The notes under the pieces were generated by a model. It saw only the letters and a list, made by a program, of their open reading frames with translations. It searched no databases and was not told the origin of the DNA. A DNA stretch of 34,293 nt from Macrostomum lignano (lineage: Eukaryota). The stretch is from NCBI GenBank assembly GCA_002269645.1, contig NIVC01003965.1, positions 1 to 34,293 of the forward strand, read 5' to 3'. Shown here one piece after another: positions 18,862 to 30,589 of this stretch (its first letter is position 1; each line of letters starts with the position of its first letter). The translations under genes and the position numbers were made by a program.

Positions 18862-20250
18862 GGATAAGGAATTAGGAATCGTGGATTCGGATTCCAACAT
18901 GAGGAATCAGGGATAGGGAATTAAGAATCGGGGATTCGGATTCCACATGAGGAATCAGAGTTAGGGAATTAAGAATCGTGGATTCGGATTTCACATGAGG
19001 AATCAGAGTTAGGGAATTAAGAATCGTGGATTCGGATTCCAACATGAGGAATCAGGGATAGGGAATTAAGAATCGTGGATTCGGATTTCACATGAGGAAT
19101 CAGAGTTAGGGAATTAAGAATCGTGGATTCGGATTCCAACATGAGGAATCAGGGATAGGGAATTAAGAATCGGGTATTCGGATTCCACATGAGGAATCAG
19201 GGATAGGGAATTAAGAATCGGGGATTCGGATTGAAAAATGAGCTTCTCTCGGTTCTCTGATAGCTGGCAGTCTTTCAAACATTTAGAAGAAGGTGCCATA
19301 AGCTCCTCTCTGCCGTATGAATTATGATCGCCGACCCAGTCTTTTAAGCTTCTCGCGAAAGGTGCCATATGCCCTATCTGGGAAAGGGAATTAAGAATCG
19401 TGGGTTCGGATTCCACATGAGGAATCAGGGATGGGGAATTAAGAATCGGGGGTTCGGATTTCACATGAGGAATCAGGGATAGGGAATTAAGAATCGTGGG
19501 TTCGGATTCCACATGAGGAATCAGAGTTAGGGAATTAAGAATCGTGGATTCGGATTTCACATGAGGAATCAGGGATGGGGAATTAAGAATCGTGGGTTCG
19601 GATTCCACATGAGGAATCAGGGATGGGGAATTAAGAATCGGGGATTCGGATTCCACATGAGGAAGCAGGGATGGGGAATTAAGAATCGTGGGTTCGGATT
19701 CCACATGAGGAATCAAGGATAGGGAATTAAGAATCGTGGATTCGGATTTCACATGAGGAATCAGAGTTAGGGAATTAAGAATCGTGGATTCGGATTCCAA
19801 CATGAGGAATCAGGGATAGGGAATTAAGAATCGGGTATTCGGATTCCACATGAGGAATCAGGGATAGGGAATTAAGAATCGGGGATTCGGATTGAAAAAT
19901 GAGCTTCTCTCGGTTCTCTGATAGCTGGCAGTCTTTCAAACATTTAGAAGAAGGTGCCATAAGCTCCTCTCTGCCGTATGAATTATGATCGCCGACCCAG
20001 TCTTTTAAGCTTCTCGCGAAAGGTGCCATATGCCCTATCTGGGAAAGGGAATTAAGAATCGTGGGTTCGGATTCCACATGAGGAATCAGGGATGGGGAAT
20101 TAAGAATCGTGGGTTCGGATTCCACATGAGGAATCAGGGATGGGGAATTAAGAATCGGGGATTCGGATTCCACATGAGGAAGCAGGGATGGGGAATTAAG
20201 AATCGTGGGTTCGGATTCCACATGAGGAATCAGGGATAGGGAATTGAGAT
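18862..20250. repeat. 48-bp minisatellite (~22 units) with two copies of a ~150-bp spacer, 661-bp higher-order period
   Basis: Unit GGGAATTAAGAATCGTGGATTCGGATTCCACATGAGGAATCAGGGATA; spacers start at 19233 and 19894. Confidence 0.93.
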
Positions 20251-20423
20251 AAAAAATGAGCTTCTTAAAAAACATCAAACATTCTTTCGAACATTATATA
20301 AACTACACCTTAGTTGAATGGGTGGGGTTGGCCTATTCAAAGGCTTAATAAACTTCATAATGAAGATTTCCGTCTGCGAAAACTCTGATTCCTGCCCTCA
20401 TGCGCCCCATCTCCCTCCCCCCT

Positions 20424-21400
20424 TTGACTTACTTGACTTAGCTGCAGGGCGGTCCGAAGACGCAGCGGGGAGGCGAGCGTCGCCCATTCCGCTAATCCCT
20501 GAAAGACCCGCATAGGCTAGGGCGCGGGGCCGGTCAGGGAGGTCTGCCGGTCCTGTCTGCAGCGTTGTCTTCGGTGGGGAAGACAGAGGCTCGCTTGGTG
20601 GCCCGGAGGAACCGGATGAGCCGTGGGATGTTCTCGGGCCGGCAAACGTCGTCCAGGGACGGGTTGGGCCCGAGGTGGTTGAGCCGGTCTCGGTTGAAGG
20701 CCGGGCAGTAGCAGACGAAGTGCTTGGCGTCTTCGTTCTCGAGGTTGCAGAAAGGGCAGAGTTCGCTCCGGCGGGCACTTCGGAGGAAACAGTGCCTGGC
20801 AAAGCAACCGTGACCTGTGAAGGTCATAGTGAGAGCGCGGATATCTTTTCGATTTTGGTTCAAAAGGATTCTCCGCAGCTTGAGGGACGGATTGGGCACT
20901 GCCGCACGAGATTGGCGGCAGTTGGAGATACCATCCCATCTGCGCAAGTGCAGGATGTCCGCCCAGTCGTTAATCTGACGATTAATGACAGTGGCGGGGA
21001 TGGGGGCCAGGGGCACCGGGCCAAGGGGCGAGCCGGAACAGCCCGCCTTAGCGAGGGAGTCGGCGAGCTCGTTACCTTTGAAGCCGGCGTGTCCTGGGAT
21101 CCACGTAATCCGGACGGTGTTCCTCCGAGCCAGCTTGTTGAGCTGAGCTGCCCGATACAGTCGCGGACTGTTCGGGAGTTCGTAGTGGTGTGACACAGGG
21201 CCTGCAAAGCGGCCTGGCTGTCAGAGTGAAAGAAAATTCTTCTGTCCTTGAAGTCCCTGCAGTGGAGCTCAGCTGCACAGGAGCTGATGGCAAGGACTTC
21301 ATTCTGGAAGACGCTGGAGAGTCTGCCAGTGTGTTGGGCGTGAGTAGCGATCACGCGGCCGTTGATAAAGATGCAGACTCTAAAGCCGGATAAATGAGTT
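20424..21400 (-). mobile_element. 5'-truncated non-LTR retrotransposon 3' end: RNase H + CCHC finger + 3' UTR and tail
   Basis: SVFQNEVLAI, FHSDSQAAL, WIPGHAGFKGNELADSLAK (non-LTR RNase HI motifs); CPFCNLENEDAKHFVCYC; stop at 20534; tail TAAGTCAAGTAAGTCAA at 20440-20424; frameshift from a 5-bp duplication at 21141-21150; the first TDGS-type acidic motif is missing. Confidence 0.9.
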
Positions 21401-21779
21401 CTGGGGGCGGTGGAGACAGGAGTCCAGCCAATAAAAAATCCGTGACGGAATTTTTGACGCCTGAACTGAACTAAATAACCGAATACTCAGTCACAAGTTA
21501 ATCATTCTACTGTTTTACCGTTCAAAATCCCTCCTATCTATCGTTACCTGTGGGCCCCCCGAGCCTGTCGGATTTCCATCCTCAAATTATTTGTACTTTC
21601 TGTTTTGCAATTTAGCCTTGTACTTTTCAGTTAGCCGGCTCCCTTCGTCTGCCATGCTCTTCCCCACAGACAATCTCATCGTTAATTCACCATAGATTAT
21701 ACAACTAACCTGTTCATTCTGTTAGTATAAATACAAGTTAAACTGGCGGCTCAGGCCCTTCATCCTGCTGCTTTTCTAA

Positions 21780-22009
21780 CCCGCTAATCATTTATTAGTT
21801 AATTGTCTATTCGACAACGGGCTATTTTTAGCGTGGGATGGGCTCCGCTAGCGGCCGGCCGTTAGGTGCTCGATGCGTCACCCAGTGCTTGCTTGTTCGT
21901 TCCTTCCTTTTCCATTTGCCCCTTTTGCTTTGCGTACATGAGACCCTCGACAGTTTATGGCCGCCCGTTAGCGGAGCCCATCCCACGCTAAAAATAGCCC
22001 GTTAGCGGG
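21780..22009. mobile_element. Small inverted-repeat (MITE/HINE-like) element
   Basis: Perfect 35-bp IR 21816-21850 / 21969-22003, extended by CCCGCTAA 21780 / TTAGCGGG 22009; GC hairpin follows at ~22013-22031; no TSD seen. Confidence 0.55.
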
Positions 22010-22314
22010 GTCCGCCCCACGGTGGGGTGGGCTCCCTTAGCGCGGGCCAGCCCACAATTATTAGGATATGCCATTACGGGGCTGTGGAGAAGCAGACGCC
22101 AGAACTTGACTCGCATTGGTTGTCAAGATACATGGCACTAATTCAAAAAAGAAAAAAAACTCTTTTTTCGGCTCCATTGCGTGAGAACTAAATGCAATGA
22201 CCTTGCCAGGGCGCTAAAATGGGCGCCGAAAGGCTAAAATTGGCGCCGGTAAATTAAAATTGGCGCCCAAAAGTAGCAAGCTGATATATGCTGCCACTTC
22301 TACGCCCGTTGGCA

Positions 22315-25300
22315 CATTCCAGCGCTGATTAAGGGATCCTGGCGCCGATTTGGTGATCCTGGCGCCAAATTTGACTTTCGGCGCCAATTTGAGCTTTCCG
22401 CGCCAATTTGAGCTTTCCAGCGCCGATTTGAGCTTTCCAGCGCTGGTCCGGGCTTTTTAGCGCTGTTTTCAGCATTCCGGCGCTGATTTGGCGATACTGG
22501 CGCCGATTTGGTGATCCTAGCGCCAAATTTGACTTTCGGCGCCAATTTGAGCTTTCCGCGCCAATTTGAGCTTTCCAGCGCCGATTTGAGCTTTCCAGCG
22601 CTGGTCCGGGCTTTTTAGCGCTGATTTCAGCATTCCAGCGCTGATTAAGGGATCCTGGCGCCGATTTGGTGATCCTGGCGCCAAATTTGACTTTCGGCGC
22701 CAATTTGAGCTTTCCGCGCCAATTTGAGCTTTCCAGCGCCGATTTGAGCTTTCCAGCGCTGGTCCGGGCTTTTTAGCGCTGTTTTCAGCATTCCGGCGCT
22801 GATTTGGCGATACTGGCGCCAAATTTGACTTTCGGCGCCAATTTGAGCTTTCCCGCGCCAATTTGAGCTTTCCAGCGCCGATTTGAGCTTTCCAGCGCTG
22901 GTCCGGGCTTTTTGGCGCTGTTTTCAGCATTCCGGCGCTGATTTGGCGATACTGGCGCCGATTTGGTGATCCTGGCGCCAAATTTGACTTTCGGCGCCAA
23001 TTTGAGCTTTCCCGCGCCAATTTGAGCTTTCCAGCGCCGATTTGAGCTTTCCAGCGCTGGTCCGGGCTTTTTAGCGCTGATTTCAGCATTCCAGCGCTGA
23101 TTAAGGGATCCTGGCGCCGATTTGGTGATCCTGGCGCCAAATTTGACGTTCCGCGCCAATTTGAGCTTTCCGCGCCAATTTGAGCTTTCCAGCGCCGATT
23201 TGAGCTTTCCAGCGCTGGTCCGGGCTTTTTAGCGCTGTTTTCAGCATTCCGGCGCTGATTTGGCGATACTGGCGCCAAATTTGGTGATCCTGGCGCCAAA
23301 TTTGACTTTCGGCGCCAATTTGAGCTTTCCCGCGCCAATTTGAGCTTTCCAGCGCCGATTTGAGCTTTCCAGCGCTGGTCCGGGCTTTTTAGCGCTGTTT
23401 TCAGCATTCCGGCGCTGATTTGGCGATACTGGCGCCGATTTGGTGATCCTGGCGCCAAATTTGACTTTCGGCGCCAATTTGAGCTTTCCGCGCCAATTTG
23501 AGCTTTCCAGCGCCGATTTGAGCTTTCCAGCGCTGGTCCGGGCTTTTTAGCGCTGTTTTCAGCATTCCGGCGCTGATTTGGCGATACTGGCGCCGATTTG
23601 GTGATCCTAGCGCCAAATTTGACTTTCGGCGCCAATTTGAGCTTTCCGCGCCAATTTGAGCTTTCCAGCGCCGATTTGAGCTTTCCAGCGCTGGTCCGGG
23701 CTTTTTAGCGCTGATTTCAGCATTCCAGCGCTGATTAAGGGATCCTGGCGCCGATTTGGTGATCCTGGCGCCAAATTTGACTTTCGGCGCCAATTTGAGC
23801 TTTCCGCGCCAATTTGAGCTTTCCAGCGCCGATTTGAGCTTTCCAGCGCTGGTCCGGGCTTTTTAGCGCTGTTTTCAGCATTCCGGCGCTGATTTGGCGA
23901 TACTGGCGCCAAATTTGACTTTCGGCGCCAATTTGAGCTTTCCCGCGCCAATTTGAGCTTTCCAGCGCCGATTTGAGCTTTCCAGCGCTGGTCCGGGCTT
24001 TTTGGCGCTGTTTTCAGCATTCCGGCGCTGATTTGGCGATACTGGCGCCGATTTGGTGATCCTGGCGCCAAATTTGACTTTCGGCGCCAATTTGAGCTTT
24101 CCCGCGCCAATTTGAGCTTTCCAGCGCCGATTTGAGCTTTCCAGCGCTGGTCCGGGCTTTTTAGCGCTGATTTCAGCATTCCAGCGCTGATTAAGGGATC
24201 CTGGCGCCGATTTGGTGATCCTGGCGCCAAATTTGACGTTCCGCGCCAATTTGAGCTTTCCGCGCCAATTTGAGCTTTCCAGCGCCGATTTGAGCTTTCC
24301 AGCGCTGGTCCGGGCTTTTTAGCGCTGTTTTCAGCATTCCGGCGCTGATTTGGCGATACTGGCGCCAAATTTGGTGATCCTGGCGCCAAATTTGACTTTC
24401 GGCGCCAATTTGAGCTTTCCCGCGCCAATTTGAGCTTTCCAGCGCCGATTTGAGCTTTCCAGCGCTGGTCCGGGCTTTTTAGCGCTGTTTTCAGCATTCC
24501 GGCGCTGATTTGGCGATACTGGCGCCGATTTGGTGATCCTGGCGCCAAATTTGACTTTCGGCGCCAATTTGAGCTTTCCGCGCCAATTTGAGCTTTCCAG
24601 CGCCGATTTGAGCTTTCCAGCGCTGGTCCGGGCTTTTTAGCGCTGATTTCAGCATTCCGGCGCTGATTTGGCGATACTGGCGCCGATTTGGTGATCCTGG
24701 CGCCAAATTTGACTTTCGGCGCCAATTTGAGCTTTCCGCGCCAATTTGAGCTTTCCAGCGCCGATTTGAGCTTTCCAGCGCTGGTCCGGGCTTTTTAGCG
24801 CTGATTTCAGCATTCCAGCGCTGATTAAGGGATCCTGGCGCCGATTTGGTGATCTGGCGCCAAATTTGACTTTCGGCGCCAATTTGAGCTTTCCGCGCCA
24901 ATTTGAGCTTTCCAGCGCCGATTTGAGCTTTCCAGCGCTGGTCCGGGCTTTTTGGCGCTGTTTTCAGCATTCCGGCGCTGATTTGGTGATCCTGGCGCCA
25001 AATTTGACTTTCAGCGCCAATTTGAGCTTTCCGCGCCAATTTGAGCTTTCCAGCGCCGATTTGAGCTTTCCAGCGCTGGTCCGGGCTTTTTAGCGCTGAT
25101 TTCAGCATTCCAGCGCTGATTTGGCGATACTGGCGCCGATTTGGTGATCCTGGCGCCAAATTTGACTTTTGGCGCCAATTTGAGCTTTCCGCGCCAATTT
25201 GAGCTTTCCAGCGCCGATTTGAGCTTTCCATCGCTGGTCCGGGCTTTTTAGCGCTGTTTTCAGCATTCCGGCGCTGATTTGGCGATACTGGCGCCGATTT

Positions 25301-27906
25301 GTGATCCTGGCGCCAAATTTGGCTTTCGGCGCCAATTTAAGCTTTCCGCGCCAATTTGAGCTTTCCAGCGCTGGTCCGGGCTTTTTAGCGCTGTTTTCAG
25401 CATTCCGGCGCTGATTTGGCGATACTGGCGCCGATTTGGTGATCCTGGCGCCAAATTTGGCTTTTGGCGCCAATTTAAGCTTTCCGCGCCAATTTGAGCT
25501 TTCCAGCGCTGGTCCGGGCTTTTTAGCGCTGTTTTCAGCATTCCGGCGCTGATTTGGCGATACTGGCGCCAAATTTGGTGATCCTGGCGCCAAATTTGAC
25601 TTTCGGCGCCAATTTGAGCTTTCCGCGCCAATTTGAGCTTTCCAGCGCCGATTGAGCTTTCCAGCGCTGGTCCGGGCTTTTTAGCGCTGATTTCAGCATT
25701 CCAGCGCTGATTTGGCGATACTGGCGCCGATTTGGTGATCCTGGCGCCAAATTTGACTTTCGGCGCCAATTTGAGCTTTCCGCGCCAATTTGAGCTTTCC
25801 AGCGCCGATTTGAGCTTTCCAGCGCTGGTCCGGGCTTTTTAGCGCTGATTTCAGCATTCCAGCGCTGATTAAGGGATCCTGGCGCCGATTTGGTGATCCT
25901 GGCGCCAAATTTGGCTTTCGGCGCCAATTTGAGCTTTCCGCGCCAATTTGAGCTTTCCAGCGCCGATTTGAGCTTTCCAGCGCTGGTCCGGGCTTTTTAG
26001 TGCTGTTTTCAGCATTCCGGCGCTGATTTGGCGATACTGGCGCCGATTTGGTGATCCTGGCGCCAAATTTGGCTTTCGGCGCCAATTTAAGCTTTCCGCG
26101 CCAATTTAAGCTTTCCAGCGCTGGTCCGGGCTTTTTAGCGCTGTTTTCAGCATTCCGGCGCTGATTTGGCGATACTGGCGCCGATTTGGTGATCCTGGCG
26201 CCAAATTTGGCTTTCGGCGCCAATTTAAGCTTTCCGCGCCAATTTGAGCTTTCCAGCGCTGGTCCGGGCTTTTTAGCGCTGTTTTCAGCATTCCAGCGCT
26301 GATTTGGCGATACTGGCGCCGATTTGGTGATCCTGGCGCCAAATTTGACTTTCGGCGCCAATTTGAGCTTTCCGCGCCAATTTGAGCTTTCCAGCGCCGA
26401 TTTGAGCTTTCCAGCGCTGGTCCGGGCTTTTTAGCGCTGATTTCAGCATTCCGGCGCTGATTTGGCGATACTGGCGCCGATTTGGTGATCCTGGCGCCAA
26501 ATTTGACTTTCGGCGCCAATTTGAGCTTTCCGCGCCAATTTGAGCTTTCCAGCGCCGATTTGAGCTTTCCAGCGCTGGTCCGGGCTTTTTAGCGCTGTTT
26601 TCAGCATTCCGGCGCTGATTTGGCGATACTGGCGCCGATTTGGTGATCCTGGCGCCAAATTTGGCTTTCGGCGCCAATTTAAGCTTTCCGCGCCAATTTG
26701 AGCTTTCCAGCGCTGGTCCGGGCTTTTTAGCGCTGTTTTCAGCATTCCGGCGCTGATTTGGCGATACTGGCGCCGATTTGGTGATCCTGGCGCCAAATTT
26801 GGCTTTCGGCGCCAATTTAAGCTTTCCGCGCCAATTTGAGCTTTCCAGCGCTGGTCCGGGCTTTTTAGCGCTGTTTTCAGCATTCCGGCGCTGATTTGGC
26901 GATACTGGCGCCGATTTGGTGATCCTGGCGCCAAATTTGACTTTCAGCGCCAATTTGAGCTTTCCGCGCCAATTTGAGCTTTCCAGCGCCGATTTGAGCT
27001 TTCCAGCGCTGGTCCGGGCTTTTTAGCGCTGATTTCAGCATTCCAGCGCTGATTAAGGGATCCTGGCGCCGATTTGGTGATCCTGGCGCCAAATTTGACT
27101 TTCGGCGCCAATTTGAGCTTTCCGCGCCAATTTGAGCTTTCCAGCGCCGATTTGAGCTTTCCAGCGCTGGTCCGGGCTTTTTAGCGCTGTTTTCAGCATT
27201 CCGGCGCTGATTTGGCGATACTGGCGCCGATTTGGTGATCCTGGCGCCAAATTTGGCTTTCGGCGCCAATTTAAGCTTTCCGCGCCAATTTGAGCTTTCC
27301 AGCGCTGGTCCGGGCTTTTTAGCGCTGTTTTCAGCATTCCGGCGCTGATTTGGCGATACTGGCGCCGATTTGGTGATCCTGGCGCCAAATTTGGCTTTCG
27401 GCGCCAATTTAAGCTTTCCGCGCCAATTTGAGCTTTCCAGCGCTGGTCCGGGCTTTTTAGCGCTGTTTTCAGCATTCCGGCGCTGATTTGGCGATACTGG
27501 CGCCAAATTTGGTGATCCTGGCGCCAAATTTGACTTTCGGCGCCAATTTGAGCTTTCCCGCGCCAATTTGAGCTTTCCAGCGCCGATTTGAGCTTTCCAG
27601 CGCTGGTCCGGGCTTTTTAGCGCTGATTTCAGCATTCCAGCGCTGATTTGGCGATACTGGCGCCGATTTGGTGATCCTGGCGCCAAATTTGACTTTTGGC
27701 GCCAATTTGAGCTTTCCGCGCCAATTTGAGCTTTCCAGCGCCGATTTGAGCTTTCCATCGCTGGTCCGGGCTTTTTAGCGCTGATTTCAGCATTCCGGCG
27801 CTGATTTGGCGATACTGGCGCCGATTTGGTGATCCTGGCGCCAAATTTGACTTTCGGCGCCAATTTGAGCTTTCCGCGCCAATTTGAGCTTTCCAGCGCC
27901 GATTTG
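22315..27906 (+). repeat. GC-rich satellite array, ~158-bp monomer (variants ~138 bp), ~37 units, made of ~20-bp GCGC-centred subunits
   Basis: Monomer CAGCATTCCGGCGCTGATTT GGCGATACTGGCGCCGATTT GGTGATCCTGGCGCCAAATTT GACTTTCGGCGCCAATTT GAGCTTTCCGCGCCAATTT GAGCTTTCCAGCGCCGATTT GAGCTTTCCAGCGCTGGTCC GGGCTTTTTAGCGCTGTTTT; 1090-bp higher-order period in ~22340-24640. Confidence 0.97.
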
Positions 27907-30589
27907 AGATATCTCATAGTATTTTTTTATTCTATTTTGTATTTTCATGCACATTAATCATAGTTTTCGTAGCAATGATTTTCATTTTTATCCATTTGGG
28001 ATTAAAATATCAAAAGTGTCGTTTTTGGACAAATGTTCTAATCGTTTATAAAACAAGTCTACTATTAGTATACTCTTGAGCCCCATTCATTGGCAATGGA
28101 AATTAATACATCAAAAAGTGACTAAAGTACTTACTACAGCAGCGATAGCTTTAAAATGATAGTAAGCAACTTCAAATGCTGATTTGGGGATTCTGTCGCG
28201 AAATTTGCATGGCTTCCGCGGCGGGTTTATCGTTAAAGATCGTTTGAAGTTTCGTAGAAAAAAATATTAACACTCTTTCAAATACTATATTATTGCCGAA
28301 TTAGCCGCTCATATCTAGTTTATCTATTGAATTATTATTAATAATAAATACACTGACATATACTGGCCAAACAGGCTTCTTGCCTGAGCCAAGCTTACTT
28401 ACTTACTATTAGATATACTTGCATACATACAGACACTTCATTTTTAGTTTCGTGGATAATTATACAGTTACTTGCTTCTGCTTACTTCAATTTTTGGACT
28501 CATGTCTGGAAAGCCCTTTTGGAAAATTTAGTATCTAGCCAAGTTGCAGGTGGGTTTAAATTGTTCGAGCATATATTTATTGCCTTTTTAACTTAAAATA
28601 TTGAGTTTGCAAATAGTGGATCTTGATCTTTATTTAATCTTCATGTTAAAACTTGGCTTATAGTTATAGGGCAAATAAGACACAGCTCTCACAGACATAC
28701 CTTAAGACCAATTGTGACCAATTATAATAAGGAAATGAGCATCATATTATCTATTTAGACATTTTAATAAACTGTGGCCATCTTGGTGTGTGGCCATCTT
28801 GGTCATGCACCCCCTGGCCAAGACTTATCACTAATATTAACAAGATGAATAAGTGGCCCAAAACTATTGCAAGTCAACCAAGGCAATTTTAACTATAAGC
28901 TTATGGTTAAAATTGCAAGGCTAAATTGCAATTGCAAGCCTTGCAAGGCTATACACTATAGTCTATAGGCTATATCTATATTCTTCCATGATATTCATGA
29001 TTAATTTTTTTCACTTTTTTGTCCTTTTTGAATGCTTTGCCCTGCAGCCCTTAGAGAACATGCTATACAAAAATAGTATAGGCCTAGTATAGATATTTAG
29101 TATATTTGATTCAATAGAATAAGTGGATAAATGCAGGGTGCCTACACCTTCCTTTATCTCCTTTATCTCCTGGCTTTATTTGGAAGATTTTTGAGACTTT
29201 CTCCTTTATTTTAGCCACTTTAGCTCCTAGGATTTTTAGCACTTGTATTTAATGTATTGTTAGTGGTAACAGTCCATTTTGGTAACAAGGGAGGAGATAT
29301 AACAATATGTATCTTAATGTGCTCTAAAAAATAATTTCAAATAGTTTTTGAGACAAAAAATAATGTTTTAGGCCTAGACAATGATTTAGCCAACAATGAT
29401 AAAATTGTTTTAATGTGTTTTGATCAATCTATTTAAATTTCCAGGTGCGCTTGATACTCAAGATATGTTATGATACAACCTATAAAACTTGTAATTACCA
29501 AAGTATTGTGTAATTAGAATTACTTTGAGTTAGAAATGTGAAATTTCAGTATTTACTTTAATTTATTTGTCATTAATTACTTTCATTGATCTCTCTAAGT
29601 CTCCGCTGTTATATATTCTATCTGTTCAAGTTGAAACAAATTACATGTATAATATATCCTAATCAGAAAAAATTGAATGGTAATCAGCAATAAAGTACTA
29701 AACAAGTTAATGATTAATTTAATTAATAGTTACTAAAAAATTAACATAAAGAAAAAGTGCTAAAAGTCATAAATCTGCTTTACCGAAGTGGCTGTTACCA
29801 AAGTGGATTGTATTCTTGTTAGTTTAGGGTCCTTTTAAATAATCATTCATTTTTAAAAAGACTATTTCATTGACTTGTATTATTTTCTTAGGCAAAGGTT
29901 TATATATATGATTAGTTACTAATTAAACAAACTTTAAAGCATCAGCCCTAGGTTAGCCACAATATCAGATATGTGGCACTGTGGAGCTAAAAATGTATAC
30001 ATGTAGTTTTTCTCAAGACTGAAAAATTGGCTAGAAAGATGATGCAATCAAAGCAGTCAACAAGTAGGCCATAGAATGAAACAACTATGAGAGTACTATG
30101 TCCCTTAAGAGCACAACTGGGAGAGTATATGAGAGAGAGCCAGATAAAGGCTGAGGGGCAGATAAGAGTAGAAAGAAGAATGAATAGGCAATAAGAGAAA
30201 GGAAAGGTAAGAGAAAGGATTAAAGAATAGATAAAATATAAATATATAAAAATATAATAATTAATACTGAATCTTTTTTCACATACATTGCACTCACACA
30301 TTTTTATATGCTATAAAGTAGACAAATATATCAGAATAGTAATGCATACATAATAAGCTTAAAGTTACTACGTATTGGTTTTGGTAGGTACAAAAGTAAT
30401 TTATAACAATGATTTACATCAGTGTTTATTCATTATATCATACAAATCCAAAGTGTCATTTTTGGACAAATGTGTGTTCAGATATGTATGAATCTGTATG
30501 AATAAATACGTCTAATAGTATAATATTGAAGTCATACATACATACATACATACTCTTGAATTACAATTTGCATTAAAACATTTCAGGTC

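Noticed and set aside
18862-20250. CRISPR-like repeat-spacer pattern
   Set aside because: Units are contiguous and the two spacers are identical copies.
20675-21393. Plus-strand ORFs 20675-21193 and 21190-21393
   Set aside because: Antisense to the clear RNase H frame in GC-rich DNA.
15435-21400. Twin-priming 5' inversion of one LINE
   Set aside because: The ORF1 piece lies beyond the 3' tail of the RNase H piece, not next to its 5' truncation point.
22300-27917. Many long minus-strand ORFs (up to 372 aa)
   Set aside because: Translations of the satellite; present in several frames with no unique sequence.
29133-29320. CAGGGTGCCTACAC followed by CTCCTTTAT repeats as a transposon end
   Set aside because: No matching inverted end found in the window.
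29987-30301. 104-aa hydrophobic ORF
   Set aside because: Produced by a purine-rich/AT-rich low-complexity tract.
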